Sequence record: MT611523.1
DNA length: 64,000 nucleotides
From: Escherichia phage DK-13
Reading direction: 5' to 3' (one strand)
The notes beneath the pieces were generated by a model. The model searched no databases and was not told where the DNA came from. It saw nothing but the letters and a program-made list of their open reading frames with translations. The position numbers were made by a program, and so were the translations under genes. Below are positions 27,465-36,591 of this stretch, in pieces. Each line of letters begins with the position of its first letter. Within the stretch, counting starts at the first letter, position 1.

Positions 27465-29297
27465 TTATAGCGTCGCATTCATCCAGTCTTTACGCTGCTG
27501 GGAATCTTTACCGAATAGCATTTCGAACAGTTCTTTCCAGTTGTCGGGCAATTGAACAACTTCGAATACCGGTTCGAGCAATACACGTTTATACTCGGCA
27601 TCTTCCAGAGAACCAAGCCCCTTGATATATCGGATGGTGTGCTTCGGAAGTTTATCCTTAGCTTCTTCATAGTCAGGGAGAGAATAGAACCATTCTTGTT
27701 TATCTTTGAGCTGTGCAATAATAACAGGAGTTTTCACAAAGCGAATTCGTCCTTCATGGAACAACTCTGGCCAGTTACTGAAAAACGCCAATAATGATGG
27801 ATAGATACTACCGACACCATCCACATCCGCATCTGTCATGATAGCAATGTTTCGGTAATTCATATTCTCGGCCGGTTGTCCAATCGTTAATCCAGTAATT
27901 GCACACACATCAAAGGCTTCAGCGTTCTTCATAACTTCAACAGCTTTCAGACCCCATGTGTTTTTAAACTTACCACGTAATGGATAAGCACCTTGCAATT
28001 CACGGTCACGAACCTTGATAAATGGACCGGTTGCAGAATCACCTTCAGTCAGGAACAGAGTTGTTTCCAACTTATCATTGCCCCATTCGTTGGCTTTGAT
28101 ATGCTTTTGTACCTTGGCCTTTGAAGCTTTCTTATTTGCTTTAGTCTCTGCTGCTTTCTCTGCAGCCAATTTACGGGCTAATGCAGCTTCAACAATCGGC
28201 ATAATCAGCGGTTCATTTTTCAGAATAGCTTGCGCGATTTTCTTGGCATCAATCTTAATGTGATTTCGAATTTCGCCAGCCGGAGAAGTCAATCGCTCCT
28301 TGGTCTGGGAATCAAATCGCATGTTGCTCATATCGCGGATGAACATAAGCATGGTGAGACATTCTTTAACTCGTGCCTTGGTCACCTCGATGCCTTTATA
28401 TTTGCGCTTAATCGCAGGCTGAAGGTATTCACAGATATCATCCATAACACATTCAACGTGGTGTCCGCCATTCTTTGTATGAATATTGTTGACATAAGTC
28501 AGCTGACGGAAACCGTCCGGGCTGGTCGTAAAGGCCATCGATACTGTATCAGTTTCCTGGATAACAACTTCAGTTCCGAATTGCTTGGAGAACTTCTTGA
28601 AATTACCATCAACCTTTTTACCATTAAAGGTGAACTGAATATCCGGATAAACAACCGCGAGAGTCTGTAAACGGTCTAATGTAATATCCAGATAAATCTG
28701 GGACAGACTATTTTCTTCAAAGTGACTAAAATCTGGAACAAATATAACAGTTGTACCTTTGCCCTTAGATTTCTTGGTGGACCAACCTTTGTTTTCCATA
28801 CCGTTGGAGCAGTTAACAGTAATTTCATTTGTCCCATCAGCGGTAATCCCGGTGAACAATACAGAGAAAATATTGGTCAGAGAAGACCCGACACCATTCA
28901 TCCCGCCAGTTTTACGTTCAGCATCATCACCGAAGTTGCCACCGGCTTTTGGAATAGTCCATGCTGCAACAGGGCCAGGGATTTGTTCACCGTTTTGGTC
29001 TGTAACCATTGCTTGTGGAATACCACGGCCATTATCAGAAACCGAAATCTGATTATCTTTAATTTGGACATCAATTTTATTGGCAAATTTAAAACTGGTG
29101 CGAATTGCTTCATCAACAGAGTTATCGATAATTTCATCAATCAGTTTTACAATACCAGGAACATAGCTTACGGACTTATATTCACCAAACAAGAATCGCT
29201 CATGCGCTTCATTTGAACTGGAACCAATATACATCCCGGAACGTTTTTTGATATGCTCGACGTCCGAGAGTACTTTAATTTCATTATTAATCATCAT
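27465..29297 (-). CDS. 39: DNA topoisomerase II large subunit gp39, single long ORF covering T4 gp39 plus gp60 regions
   Basis: 610 aa; GyrB-like ATPase N-terminus and TOPRIM-like region (LTEGDSA, DADVDG); T4 has 516-aa gp39 plus 160-aa gp60 with a bypass, here one uninterrupted ORF. Confidence 0.93.
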   Translation of the reverse strand: MMINNEIKVLSDVEHIKKRSGMYIGSSSNEAHERFLFGEYKSVSYVPGIVKLIDEIIDNSVDEAIRTSFKFANKIDVQIKDNQISVSDNGRGIPQAMVTDQNGEQIPGPVAAWTIPKAGGNFGDDAERKTGGMNGVGSSLTNIFSVLFTGITADGTNEITVNCSNGMENKGWSTKKSKGKGTTVIFVPDFSHFEENSLSQIYLDITLDRLQTLAVVYPDIQFTFNGKKVDGNFKKFSKQFGTEVVIQETDTVSMAFTTSPDGFRQLTYVNNIHTKNGGHHVECVMDDICEYLQPAIKRKYKGIEVTKARVKECLTMLMFIRDMSNMRFDSQTKERLTSPAGEIRNHIKIDAKKIAQAILKNEPLIMPIVEAALARKLAAEKAAETKANKKASKAKVQKHIKANEWGNDKLETTLFLTEGDSATGPFIKVRDRELQGAYPLRGKFKNTWGLKAVEVMKNAEAFDVCAITGLTIGQPAENMNYRNIAIMTDADVDGVGSIYPSLLAFFSNWPELFHEGRIRFVKTPVIIAQLKDKQEWFYSLPDYEEAKDKLPKHTIRYIKGLGSLEDAEYKRVLLEPVFEVVQLPDNWKELFEMLFGKDSQQRKDWMNATL

Positions 29298-29339
29298 CTT
29301 TCCTCTTGTGTATGGAGGTATTATAAGTCACATATTTTA

Positions 29340-29363
29340 AAGCAAAAAGGCCCGAAGGCCTTT
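29340..29363 (-). terminator. rho-independent terminator upstream of gene 39
   Basis: minus strand AAAGGCC-UUCG-GGCCUUU then U-rich tract. Confidence 0.5.
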
Positions 29364-29761
29364 TATTTGAATCGAAGCTGCTCTAACATTTTAATAGCTT
29401 GTAGACGTCCGGCTTCAGTTTTAACCGTAATAATAACATCACCGCCGGTAACAACGATATCCTCTTTTGATTCCTGTTCGGTTATTTCAGAATCACATTC
29501 CGGGACTTCTTCAAAATATTTAAATTCATCACCAAAAATAAGACCGGTTCCATTACGACTATGGAAAGAAAACCCAGTTCCATCGATAGTACTAAATTCC
29601 GTAACAACATTTGCTTCCATCTTAGTGACTGAAAACTCTTTGGTAGTAACCAAATCAATGATAGAGGTTCCTTGTTGGTTCAAAATGCTACCAGGCATAC
29701 CGACATGTTTAAGGAAGCCATCTAAATCTTTAATGCAATAACTCTTTCCAATTTTAAACAT
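29363..29761 (-). CDS. hypothetical protein (132 aa)
   Basis: track ORF 29363..29938; start moved to ATG 29761 (MFKIGK...) with GAGGA SD, which removes overlap with the lipoprotein gene. Confidence 0.45.
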   Translation of the reverse strand: MFKIGKSYCIKDLDGFLKHVGMPGSILNQQGTSIIDLVTTKEFSVTKMEANVVTEFSTIDGTGFSFHSRNGTGLIFGDEFKYFEEVPECDSEITEQESKEDIVVTGGDVIITVKTEAGRLQAIKMLEQLRFK

Positions 29762-29768
29762 AATATCC

Positions 29769-30029
29769 TCATTCGAATCGGATGGTTGAATTCTTAAACA
29801 GCAATCCAGAACAAACGGTTCCTTCAACTTTCTTACCAGTTGGGCCCACGGCTGTAAAACCTGTGTGTTGAAAATCATCTTTACCACAAGAGAACCAGTT
29901 ATAACCGGTGATTTGGATTTGCTCATAGCCGTTTGCATCTAATACACGAATGGCATTATCTGCATCAGTACAACCAGCCAATGAAACCGCCAGTACCAGT
30001 GCTGCAATAGAACGATTAATGTATTTCAT
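29769..30029 (-). CDS. small putative lipoprotein (86 aa)
   Basis: N-terminal signal peptide with lipobox LAGC (MKYINRSIAALVLAVSLAGC...). Confidence 0.55.
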   Translation of the reverse strand: MKYINRSIAALVLAVSLAGCTDADNAIRVLDANGYEQIQITGYNWFSCGKDDFQHTGFTAVGPTGKKVEGTVCSGLLFKNSTIRFE

Positions 30030-30035
30030 AATTCC

Positions 30036-30212
30036 TCACTTAGTCAGCAGGTCGTAAAAACCGCCATTAACATGTTTAGGAGCCGAGACTAACCGAACAG
30101 CCAGCCGATGGCAATCAGGACAAACATCATTATCTCTTTCAGAGATTTTCTTGATTTTTTCGTATTCTTTTGCGCAGTCATTGGATTGGCATTTGTAATC
30201 ATAAAGTGGCAT
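30036..30212 (-). CDS. small zinc-ribbon protein (58 aa)
   Basis: manual translation MPLYDYKCQSNDCAKEYEKIKKISERDNDVCPDCHR...; two CxxC pairs; AAGGA SD. Confidence 0.45.
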   Translation of the reverse strand: MPLYDYKCQSNDCAKEYEKIKKISERDNDVCPDCHRLAVRLVSAPKHVNGGFYDLLTK

Positions 30213-30213
30213 G

Positions 30214-30588
30214 TTATTCCTTAAAATGTGCTTTCAACATCTGGTACACGGTCCAGGCTTCAGAGTTATTAGAAATTGTGATTTTAGTCAAAGGGAATTC
30301 GCTTGGTTCAAATGCTTCATCAGCGTCTTCGCATTCATCTTCAGTATCGTCATCTTTTTCTTCTTCAAAGAAACGACGCTCATCTTCCTTTATGAATATT
30401 CTCTCTATTCCACCGGTCGAAAATTCTATCCGATATACATCACCACCTTCAATTCCGACTGGTCTAAATCCTTCACCATTGATTATAGCATCAGCTATAT
30501 TATCATTATCAGAGCATAACAAACGAAATCTGCTTTCAGCAACATTATCTTTAAAATAATACCATTTATCAGTTTCAAATTTCAACAT
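30214..30588 (-). CDS. hypothetical acidic protein (124 aa)
   Basis: track ORF 30214..30729; start moved to ATG 30588 with GGAG SD; acidic tract EEEKDDDTEDECEDADE. Confidence 0.45.
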   Translation of the reverse strand: MLKFETDKWYYFKDNVAESRFRLLCSDNDNIADAIINGEGFRPVGIEGGDVYRIEFSTGGIERIFIKEDERRFFEEEKDDDTEDECEDADEAFEPSEFPLTKITISNNSEAWTVYQMLKAHFKE

Positions 30589-30805
30589 GATAAGTCTCCT
30601 TCCAAAAATCTGTACCATCTTCTGATTCTTCGCGGAACAGCGCATAGCTAGGTAATTCCGCACCTTCATACGCATACACATAAATGATATCAGTGGTGCA
30701 AAGAAATTCATTGATGTTTTTCTTAACAATCACTTTATCACTTTCAGCGGTTTCCCAGAACTCTTCAGCGGTCAGGGAAGTGGTCACACAATCTTCATTA
30801 AACAT
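30575..30805 (-). CDS. hypothetical protein (76 aa)
   Basis: track ORF 30575..30841; start moved to ATG 30805 with GAGGAG SD; hairpin gataggg-N5-ccctatc just upstream. Confidence 0.45.
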   Translation of the reverse strand: MFNEDCVTTSLTAEEFWETAESDKVIVKKNINEFLCTTDIIYVYAYEGAELPSYALFREESEDGTDFWKETYHVEI

Positions 30806-30850
30806 AATATTCTCCTCATTGATAGGGCAAAACCCTATCATTTTTATAAT

Positions 30851-31342
30851 TTAGGCACGATGAATATCAGCATACTCAACGATAAAGCTTTCAGGAACCA
30901 CCTTAAAGGTTCCAAGGAACACGATGTTATAGAGCTTAACGCCTTTTTCAACCCACTGGTCTGTGATGTAACCAGACATGCTAGTGGTTTCATAAGTACC
31001 AAAAGGTTCGTCAACATATTCAAACGGTTTAGGTGAAACAAAAAAGACACCTTTGCCCAATTTCCATTTAAAATCAACCCCAACATGAGACTGGTCAATG
31101 GTTTCAACTTCTTCGGTCACAGGAGCGATGTACCCAGTAAATTCGGTTGATTCCAGGAATTTAGGATGTACATAAGCCAATTGAGTTTCAGTCTGGCCAT
31201 TTTTAGGAATAATACGCACTTTAACTTCTTTAATTCCACCTACTAAATTAGTGCGAAGACCCACAACCTCAACAAAACGACCAGCAGCTTTAGAACGAGA
31301 TTCTTTAGAAACACGTGCAATATCACCAACTTCAACTTTCAT
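30851..31342 (-). CDS. hypothetical protein (163 aa), paralog of the next gene in its C-terminal module
   Basis: C-terminal GYITDQWVEKGVKLYNIVFLGTFKVVPESFIVEYADI matches GWVTDQWIEDGVELLNVVHAGEFTVVPRSMAVEIFN of ORF 31419..32171; size and position similar to T4 motB region. Confidence 0.55.
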   Translation of the reverse strand: MKVEVGDIARVSKESRSKAAGRFVEVVGLRTNLVGGIKEVKVRIIPKNGQTETQLAYVHPKFLESTEFTGYIAPVTEEVETIDQSHVGVDFKWKLGKGVFFVSPKPFEYVDEPFGTYETTSMSGYITDQWVEKGVKLYNIVFLGTFKVVPESFIVEYADIHRA

Positions 31343-31378
31343 AATTTTCTCTCTTGGTTAATAAGTTTATTCTCCAGT

Positions 31379-31414
31379 GGGGCCATTATACTCCGGCCCC
31401 AAGAGTTTGTACAC
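31379..31414 (-). promoter_or_regulatory. sigma70-like early promoter with stem-loop (PeSL-like)
   Basis: minus strand GTGTACAAACTCTTGGGGCCGGAGTATAATGGCCCC; inverted repeat GGGGCC/GGCCCC flanks the -10. Confidence 0.45.
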
Positions 31415-31418
31415 AAAT

Positions 31419-32171
31419 TTAATTAAAAATTTCAACAGCCATGGAACGTGGTACAACAGTAAATTCACCAGCATGGACAACGTTCAGGAGTTCAACACCA
31501 TCTTCAATCCACTGGTCTGTTACCCAACCACAAATGGAACTATTAAATGGACGTTTGATTTGAACTGGTTTACACAACAAGTCAATAGGGTCACCCAGCT
31601 CGCTAACTTCTTCCAGCAGTACAGATTCACGCGGATAAAGGATAGCTTCAAGATTGTCACCTGATTCATTGACTGCAGTAAATTCAAAAATGCTTTGGTG
31701 ATTGTGGTACTTAACTGTTTTAACGGTAAATGGAGCAAATCCAAAAATACCTTTCAGTACCCGCCAACCGGCATTCAATGCATTAGTATTATCAAAATCA
31801 CCATATCCAACAAGTTGATAGGTTTTGTCAACTTTGATAGGAGTTTCTTCAACTTCTTTGAAGAGTTCAATCTCAGCTTCATAAACCATAATTTTTTCTA
31901 CTTCATTTGTATCAAGGCGACGTGCATGTAGAATATATGCTTTATCAAACCAGTTACTTTTTACAAAAGTTTCAACAATAAATTCACCTTCACCTAAAGC
32001 ATCAGTCAGAGTATTATACCCAGAAACCATAGCTGCGTTTTGAGTAATAGGTTCAATCAGTTGATAAGTTTTGTTAATTTCAATAGTCATATTTTGTTTC
32101 TCAAGTTTTAATGGTTTAATTGGGCGAACATACATACTTACAACATCAAAGTCAATAAATTCTGGTTTCAT
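31419..32171 (-). CDS. hypothetical protein (250 aa), shares C-terminal module with ORF 30851..31342
   Basis: see paralogy above; ATG start. Confidence 0.55.
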   Translation of the reverse strand: MKPEFIDFDVVSMYVRPIKPLKLEKQNMTIEINKTYQLIEPITQNAAMVSGYNTLTDALGEGEFIVETFVKSNWFDKAYILHARRLDTNEVEKIMVYEAEIELFKEVEETPIKVDKTYQLVGYGDFDNTNALNAGWRVLKGIFGFAPFTVKTVKYHNHQSIFEFTAVNESGDNLEAILYPRESVLLEEVSELGDPIDLLCKPVQIKRPFNSSICGWVTDQWIEDGVELLNVVHAGEFTVVPRSMAVEIFN

Positions 32172-32428
32172 TATGCAACCTTATTGAACATCGCCAGTTG
32201 ATTAGGTTGTACAACCATAATTTCACGACGACCTTTTGCATTTGACACGTTCAGGTAGATGCCTTTGTTCATATCAGTTTCTTTATCATATACCGCAATT
32301 TTATTGACAGTAAAGATTTTACCACGAATATTTGTAAATGCACATTCAAACGCTTTAGTCAGACCTGCTTCAGCAGCTTGAAGAGCAGACATTTCATATT
32401 GTTGGCCAATTTCAAAAGAAGTAATCAT
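32171..32428 (-). CDS. hypothetical protein (85 aa)
   Basis: track ORF 32171..32476 begins inside the promoter/leader motif; start moved to ATG 32428 after leader TCAACTACTGATGAGGATAA. Confidence 0.45.
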   Translation of the reverse strand: MITSFEIGQQYEMSALQAAEAGLTKAFECAFTNIRGKIFTVNKIAVYDKETDMNKGIYLNVSNAKGRREIMVVQPNQLAMFNKVA

Positions 32429-32495
32429 TTTGTTATCCTCATCAGTAGTTGATGAGATGATTATGTCTCTTTCCATTGGCCTTGTACACTACTTT

Positions 32496-33179
32496 TTATC
32501 GTTTTTTCGGTAAAGATAACGGGTCTGCATCTTCTTCGGAAGGAACTTCATCTAAACCAAGAGCATAGCGCTGGGCATACTTTAACATCAAAATATCTTT
32601 CGCGCAGTCATGTACCGAATCGTGCGCCACAAATCCATCTAAAGTCCCTTTCGGTAATGGGGTTTCACACATCTTACGGACGAGTGATAGGGCTTCGATG
32701 GCTGTCCTAATATCTCGCTGGTTCCAGAATACAACCGGCTCCAGGTTATAGGTATTCAATTCACGCTCAGGAATCCCCTCATTGCGCTGTAGGTCGCGGA
32801 TAAGGTCAACAAACAACGGGAAGTCAAAAGACATCCCACGGCACCACATAAGGCTTTCGTATTTGTTAATTCCATTGCCATTCAGATAGTCAATCGCCTG
32901 TTGGATACCGGTCAGAGTATCAACATCTTGCGCAGAAGGAGCCAGGTTAACACGGGCTTCTGCTGATTGCTTTTTCCACCAACCCATGGTTGTTGTATCA
33001 AACAGACGTTTTCCTTTTTGGTATTCGAGACTGAACTTAATACGTTTGCCGCGATTAACCAGAGTTTCGAATGATTCCACAATAGCAGGGTCAGATTCGA
33101 ACGTAATCAGGGCCAGGTCAATAACGGCTCCCTTCGAGCCGTTTCCCAGAGTTTCAAAGTCAATAATAGCATCAATCAT
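32496..33179 (-). CDS. dexA: exonuclease A (DEDD-type 3'-5' exonuclease)
   Basis: IIDFET.G.G.K.AVIDLA.I.F, WC.GMSFDFP..VDLIRD.QR, DGFVAHDS.HDCAKDI.M.KYA resemble T4 DexA; track start 33182 is GTG, ATG at 33179. Confidence 0.9.
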   Translation of the reverse strand: MIDAIIDFETLGNGSKGAVIDLALITFESDPAIVESFETLVNRGKRIKFSLEYQKGKRLFDTTTMGWWKKQSAEARVNLAPSAQDVDTLTGIQQAIDYLNGNGINKYESLMWCRGMSFDFPLFVDLIRDLQRNEGIPERELNTYNLEPVVFWNQRDIRTAIEALSLVRKMCETPLPKGTLDGFVAHDSVHDCAKDILMLKYAQRYALGLDEVPSEEDADPLSLPKKR

Positions 33180-33447
33180 CACACATCTCTTTTAATTTCT
33201 GAATTTCACCAGCAACATAATCAGAGATAAAAATCCCTGGCTCTTCATTGTTAAAATATTCAATCGCGGCCATACGTTTCCGAATAAGATTCAGTTCCAG
33301 TAAAACGTAATTACCCTGCACGACGATAGTCGAATTATCTTCGAAAAATTCAACCGCGTCTTTAATACCGTAGATAAGATTATCTAAATCTTCTTTATGT
33401 ACTTTATACATAATATGCGTCGTACCTCGCTCGTGTGATTCCAACAT
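33172..33447 (-). CDS. hypothetical protein (91 aa, start uncertain)
   Basis: ATG ORF between dda and dexA; overlaps dda 3' end. Confidence 0.4.
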   Translation of the reverse strand: MLESHERGTTHIMYKVHKEDLDNLIYGIKDAVEFFEDNSTIVVQGNYVLLELNLIRKRMAAIEYFNNEEPGIFISDYVAGEIQKLKEMCDD

Positions 33448-34732
33448 AAGCCAACTGGCTCGCTAATGAAGCTTCGGCCATATGGATGCATGGGGTATAG
33501 ATGAATGCTTTGTCTACTGAAACGCCCTGGGCCTTGTGGATTGTACTGACCGGAAGAGCACGAACTTTCAAGAAGGTCCGGCGAGCTTTCCAGAAGTCTT
33601 TCCACTCTGGACGTTTGCCAGCGGCTTTCATCTGTTTGTATGTGTCAGCAACTTTCGCCAGGTATGCCTGGAATTTTGGTTGCTGGTCTTCAGGTAAAAC
33701 TTTGATGCGGTCAACCTGATATTCTTCATCTTCATCAATTGACTCAACTTCCAGGTCCCAGTAATTAATCACCAACTGGTGCGATTCACCTTTACAACGG
33801 AGAATGGTGGAAGTGTATTTGCAATCCTTGATGCGAACCAACTGACCATTATTAAAAATGGTTTCGCTGAATTTCTTGCCTTCAAATTCCAGCTCTTTCA
33901 TGTGTGGCTCTTGCATAACCAGGACTTCATACGGTAAAAATGCTTTATCCGTTTCATAGAGCTTGCGACGAATAATATTGTTCAGTTTTTCAACTGATTT
34001 ATTCGTGTACGCGTACATCCTGTTTTCCATCAGCATATCAGCATCTTTTACAATACTGAAATAGTTTGCCATGAAATCCTTTAAAGCGGTTTGTGAGGTG
34101 AAACCCTGTACACCATGACCCTCATACATACAGTCACGGAACCAACCACCATTACGAATTTCTGTCGCCACTTCAATGATAGGAGCATTGCTTCGCATGA
34201 CCTCAGTCAGATGAATCTGTTTGAACTTAGGATGCGTAAAGAATGGGCTTATCTTTTGTTGTGTGCTTCCTGGGTCAACTGGCTGCAGCTGGTGCATATC
34301 ACCAATCCCAAGAATAGTACACCATTCTGGAACAGAGTTAAGAATAATCTTAAACAGAGACCCGTCATACATACTTGCTTCATCACAAACCAGAACATTA
34401 CATTTTGACATGTCAGGCATTTCGCGCTGTTCAAAAACGTTTTGGTCTTCATATGTGGTCGGGTTAATCTTCAGGATACTATGGATTGTATTCGCCGTTT
34501 GACCAGACAATTTAGATAGAACCTTTTTTGCCTGGTGAGTTGGTGCGGCAAGCACAATTCCCATAACTCCATTACGCACTAAGTGGTCAATGACAAATTT
34601 TGTCAGAGTAGTTTTACCTGTACCAGCTGGACCATTCAGAGTGATACATTCCCCTGAACGTCGTTGAATAGCTTCAGTGATATAATCAAAAGCTTCTTTT
34701 TGTCCTGTGTTCAAGTCTTCAAATTTAATCAT
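33404..34732 (-). CDS. dda: DNA helicase Dda (SF1)
   Basis: 442 aa; Walker A GPAGTGKTTLTKF, ILAAPTH.AKK.LSKLSG..A.TIHSILKINP resemble T4 Dda. Confidence 0.93.
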   Translation of the reverse strand: MIKFEDLNTGQKEAFDYITEAIQRRSGECITLNGPAGTGKTTLTKFVIDHLVRNGVMGIVLAAPTHQAKKVLSKLSGQTANTIHSILKINPTTYEDQNVFEQREMPDMSKCNVLVCDEASMYDGSLFKIILNSVPEWCTILGIGDMHQLQPVDPGSTQQKISPFFTHPKFKQIHLTEVMRSNAPIIEVATEIRNGGWFRDCMYEGHGVQGFTSQTALKDFMANYFSIVKDADMLMENRMYAYTNKSVEKLNNIIRRKLYETDKAFLPYEVLVMQEPHMKELEFEGKKFSETIFNNGQLVRIKDCKYTSTILRCKGESHQLVINYWDLEVESIDEDEEYQVDRIKVLPEDQQPKFQAYLAKVADTYKQMKAAGKRPEWKDFWKARRTFLKVRALPVSTIHKAQGVSVDKAFIYTPCIHMAEASLASQLAYVGITRARYDAYYV

Positions 34733-35025
34733 GCCAATTTTACTCGCTTAACATATAAAGTATCTAAAACTAATTTCAATTCTCGTGCGTGTTCTTCAGT
34801 AGGAAAAACAGTTTTTGTTTCCCGCTTATCAAACCACCATTTTCTGGGAATATACCGTGTTTCAATACGTCCCATGCGTAAATAGCGGTTTGTAGTATAT
34901 GAATAGTTGGCAAGTTCATACTCTGCGCCCGGTTTTGTGGTGTATAAGGTAACCTTTCCATCATACTCCAATGGGCGTTCAAAACCATCTTTATCTTTGT
35001 GAACCAGCACATATGCGTAGTACAT
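34729..35025 (-). CDS. hypothetical protein (98 aa)
   Basis: track start 35028 is GTG; ATG at 35025; position corresponds to T4 dda.1. Confidence 0.45.
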   Translation of the reverse strand: MYYAYVLVHKDKDGFERPLEYDGKVTLYTTKPGAEYELANYSYTTNRYLRMGRIETRYIPRKWWFDKRETKTVFPTEEHARELKLVLDTLYVKRVKLA

Positions 35026-35029
35026 CACA

Positions 35030-35776
35030 TTAACCTCTAATCAGTTTAAAAATTGACGCGTTCAAAGGTAGACCACGTTTCAGTTTTAATTTACCAATAA
35101 AACCAATCTTCTCAAAACGCTCAAGACCTTGAATGATTTTATCATAGCAATCAAAAAGCGTTTCAGCATCAGTTAATTTCTTGGTAACTTTCCAGTCATT
35201 ACCTTTGAGCAGGACATTCAATTTAGTAAGCTCATGTCCTTCCGCAACACGGGAACCATCAATGCGAGCCTTCAGAGCAACCATTTTTAATTGGTTTTCT
35301 TTGGACTGCTCTGATTTACTCATTTGAGCATAATGCTTAACGCGATTATCACGTTTGTGCTGGATGTTCTTGATATGAGTATATGACTTTTTAATCTGTT
35401 CCCATTTCTCTGAAGTCAGATTTAACTTTTCAATCTTCTTGGCAGAGGGGCGAGCAATTTTTACAGCAACATCATCGCGACGTTGTTTAAGCTCATCCAG
35501 GGACCAATCAGAACGCATGGTATTGTATTTCTTTTTAACAGGAATAACATTACCCTTGATATAACCAATATCATTGTTAAAACGCTCTAATGATAACTTC
35601 TCACCTTCAATAGAGTTATTAAATGCTTCACCAGAATAGGCACAAACTTTTTGGTCAAGAATGTTAACCAGGTAATTGAAATCCAGGTTAAAGTCTTTAC
35701 CGCGGCGTTTAGCGGAAGCTTGAGTGTGTTCCAAACGACGTTTAACTTTCAGCGTTTTGGTTTTTGATAAAGTCAT
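35030..35776 (-). CDS. hypothetical basic protein (248 aa), at the T4 srd position
   Basis: ATG ORF between dda and modA-like gene; Srd assignment is by position and size only. Confidence 0.5.
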   Translation of the reverse strand: MTLSKTKTLKVKRRLEHTQASAKRRGKDFNLDFNYLVNILDQKVCAYSGEAFNNSIEGEKLSLERFNNDIGYIKGNVIPVKKKYNTMRSDWSLDELKQRRDDVAVKIARPSAKKIEKLNLTSEKWEQIKKSYTHIKNIQHKRDNRVKHYAQMSKSEQSKENQLKMVALKARIDGSRVAEGHELTKLNVLLKGNDWKVTKKLTDAETLFDCYDKIIQGLERFEKIGFIGKLKLKRGLPLNASIFKLIRG

Positions 35777-35932
35777 GATATTTTTCTCATCTTACGGACG
35801 ATTGAAAACTCAGTATGGATTCATTATATACTATTCATCTTTTATGTACACTACTTTTTCACCTTTAACGCTTTTATTTTTACTGTGTATAATGGTTCTA
35901 AGGTCTTTGGCCTTTTGTTAACCCAGAATACT

Positions 35933-36547
35933 TCAGTAAGAAAGAACGGAAAGATTCCATAATTTATAGTCTTCCCATCTATAAATGCTCTCAATAGAGT
36001 CCACGCGTAGCGTAGTTCCCGCAGGGAACATCATCTCATCTTCATCATTTACTAATTGCAAGTTTGAAGAACGAGTTATTTCAGGATATAGTCCGTTGAA
36101 CTCTTCAGGAGGTGCCGCACAAATCATTTTAAAAATCGCTTCCTGATAATCAAATGCGAATGGTGCATCATTAATACAGAAAATATTTTTGGTTCCATAG
36201 AAGCTAAAGGAAGCAAAGTTACGCGCAACACTGAAATCTTTGGAGAAACTCATTACACGGTCAAACTCAATCGTAGCACCAACACATCCTACGGTTTCAA
36301 GATATGCCAAAGTTTTCTTAGAAATCCCGCGATATAACTTACCAGGCACAGCAGAAGTCAAATTCTTACGAATAATTTTGTTCAAAGTTTCCTGGATAGT
36401 GTCTGGCTTATTTTCCATACACTGCCAGAGTGTACTCTGTTCCAACTCAGAGTAAATTTCATCAATTTCAATCTGGGTATTTTCACGAAAATATTCACAT
36501 TTAACTGCATTGATGTACTCTGCTAATTGGTGACTTGCGTACAGCAT
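35933..36547 (-). CDS. modA: ADP-ribosyltransferase ModA-like
   Basis: track ORF begins inside leader motif; ATG at 36547; R-S-E-class ART-like motifs (GKLYRGIS; MSFSKDFSVA); tandem with paralog; position as T4 modA. Confidence 0.55.
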   Translation of the reverse strand: MLYASHQLAEYINAVKCEYFRENTQIEIDEIYSELEQSTLWQCMENKPDTIQETLNKIIRKNLTSAVPGKLYRGISKKTLAYLETVGCVGATIEFDRVMSFSKDFSVARNFASFSFYGTKNIFCINDAPFAFDYQEAIFKMICAAPPEEFNGLYPEITRSSNLQLVNDEDEMMFPAGTTLRVDSIESIYRWEDYKLWNLSVLSY

Positions 36548-36591
36548 TTTATTATCCTCATCAGTAGTTGATAGGAACATCTTAACGTGTC

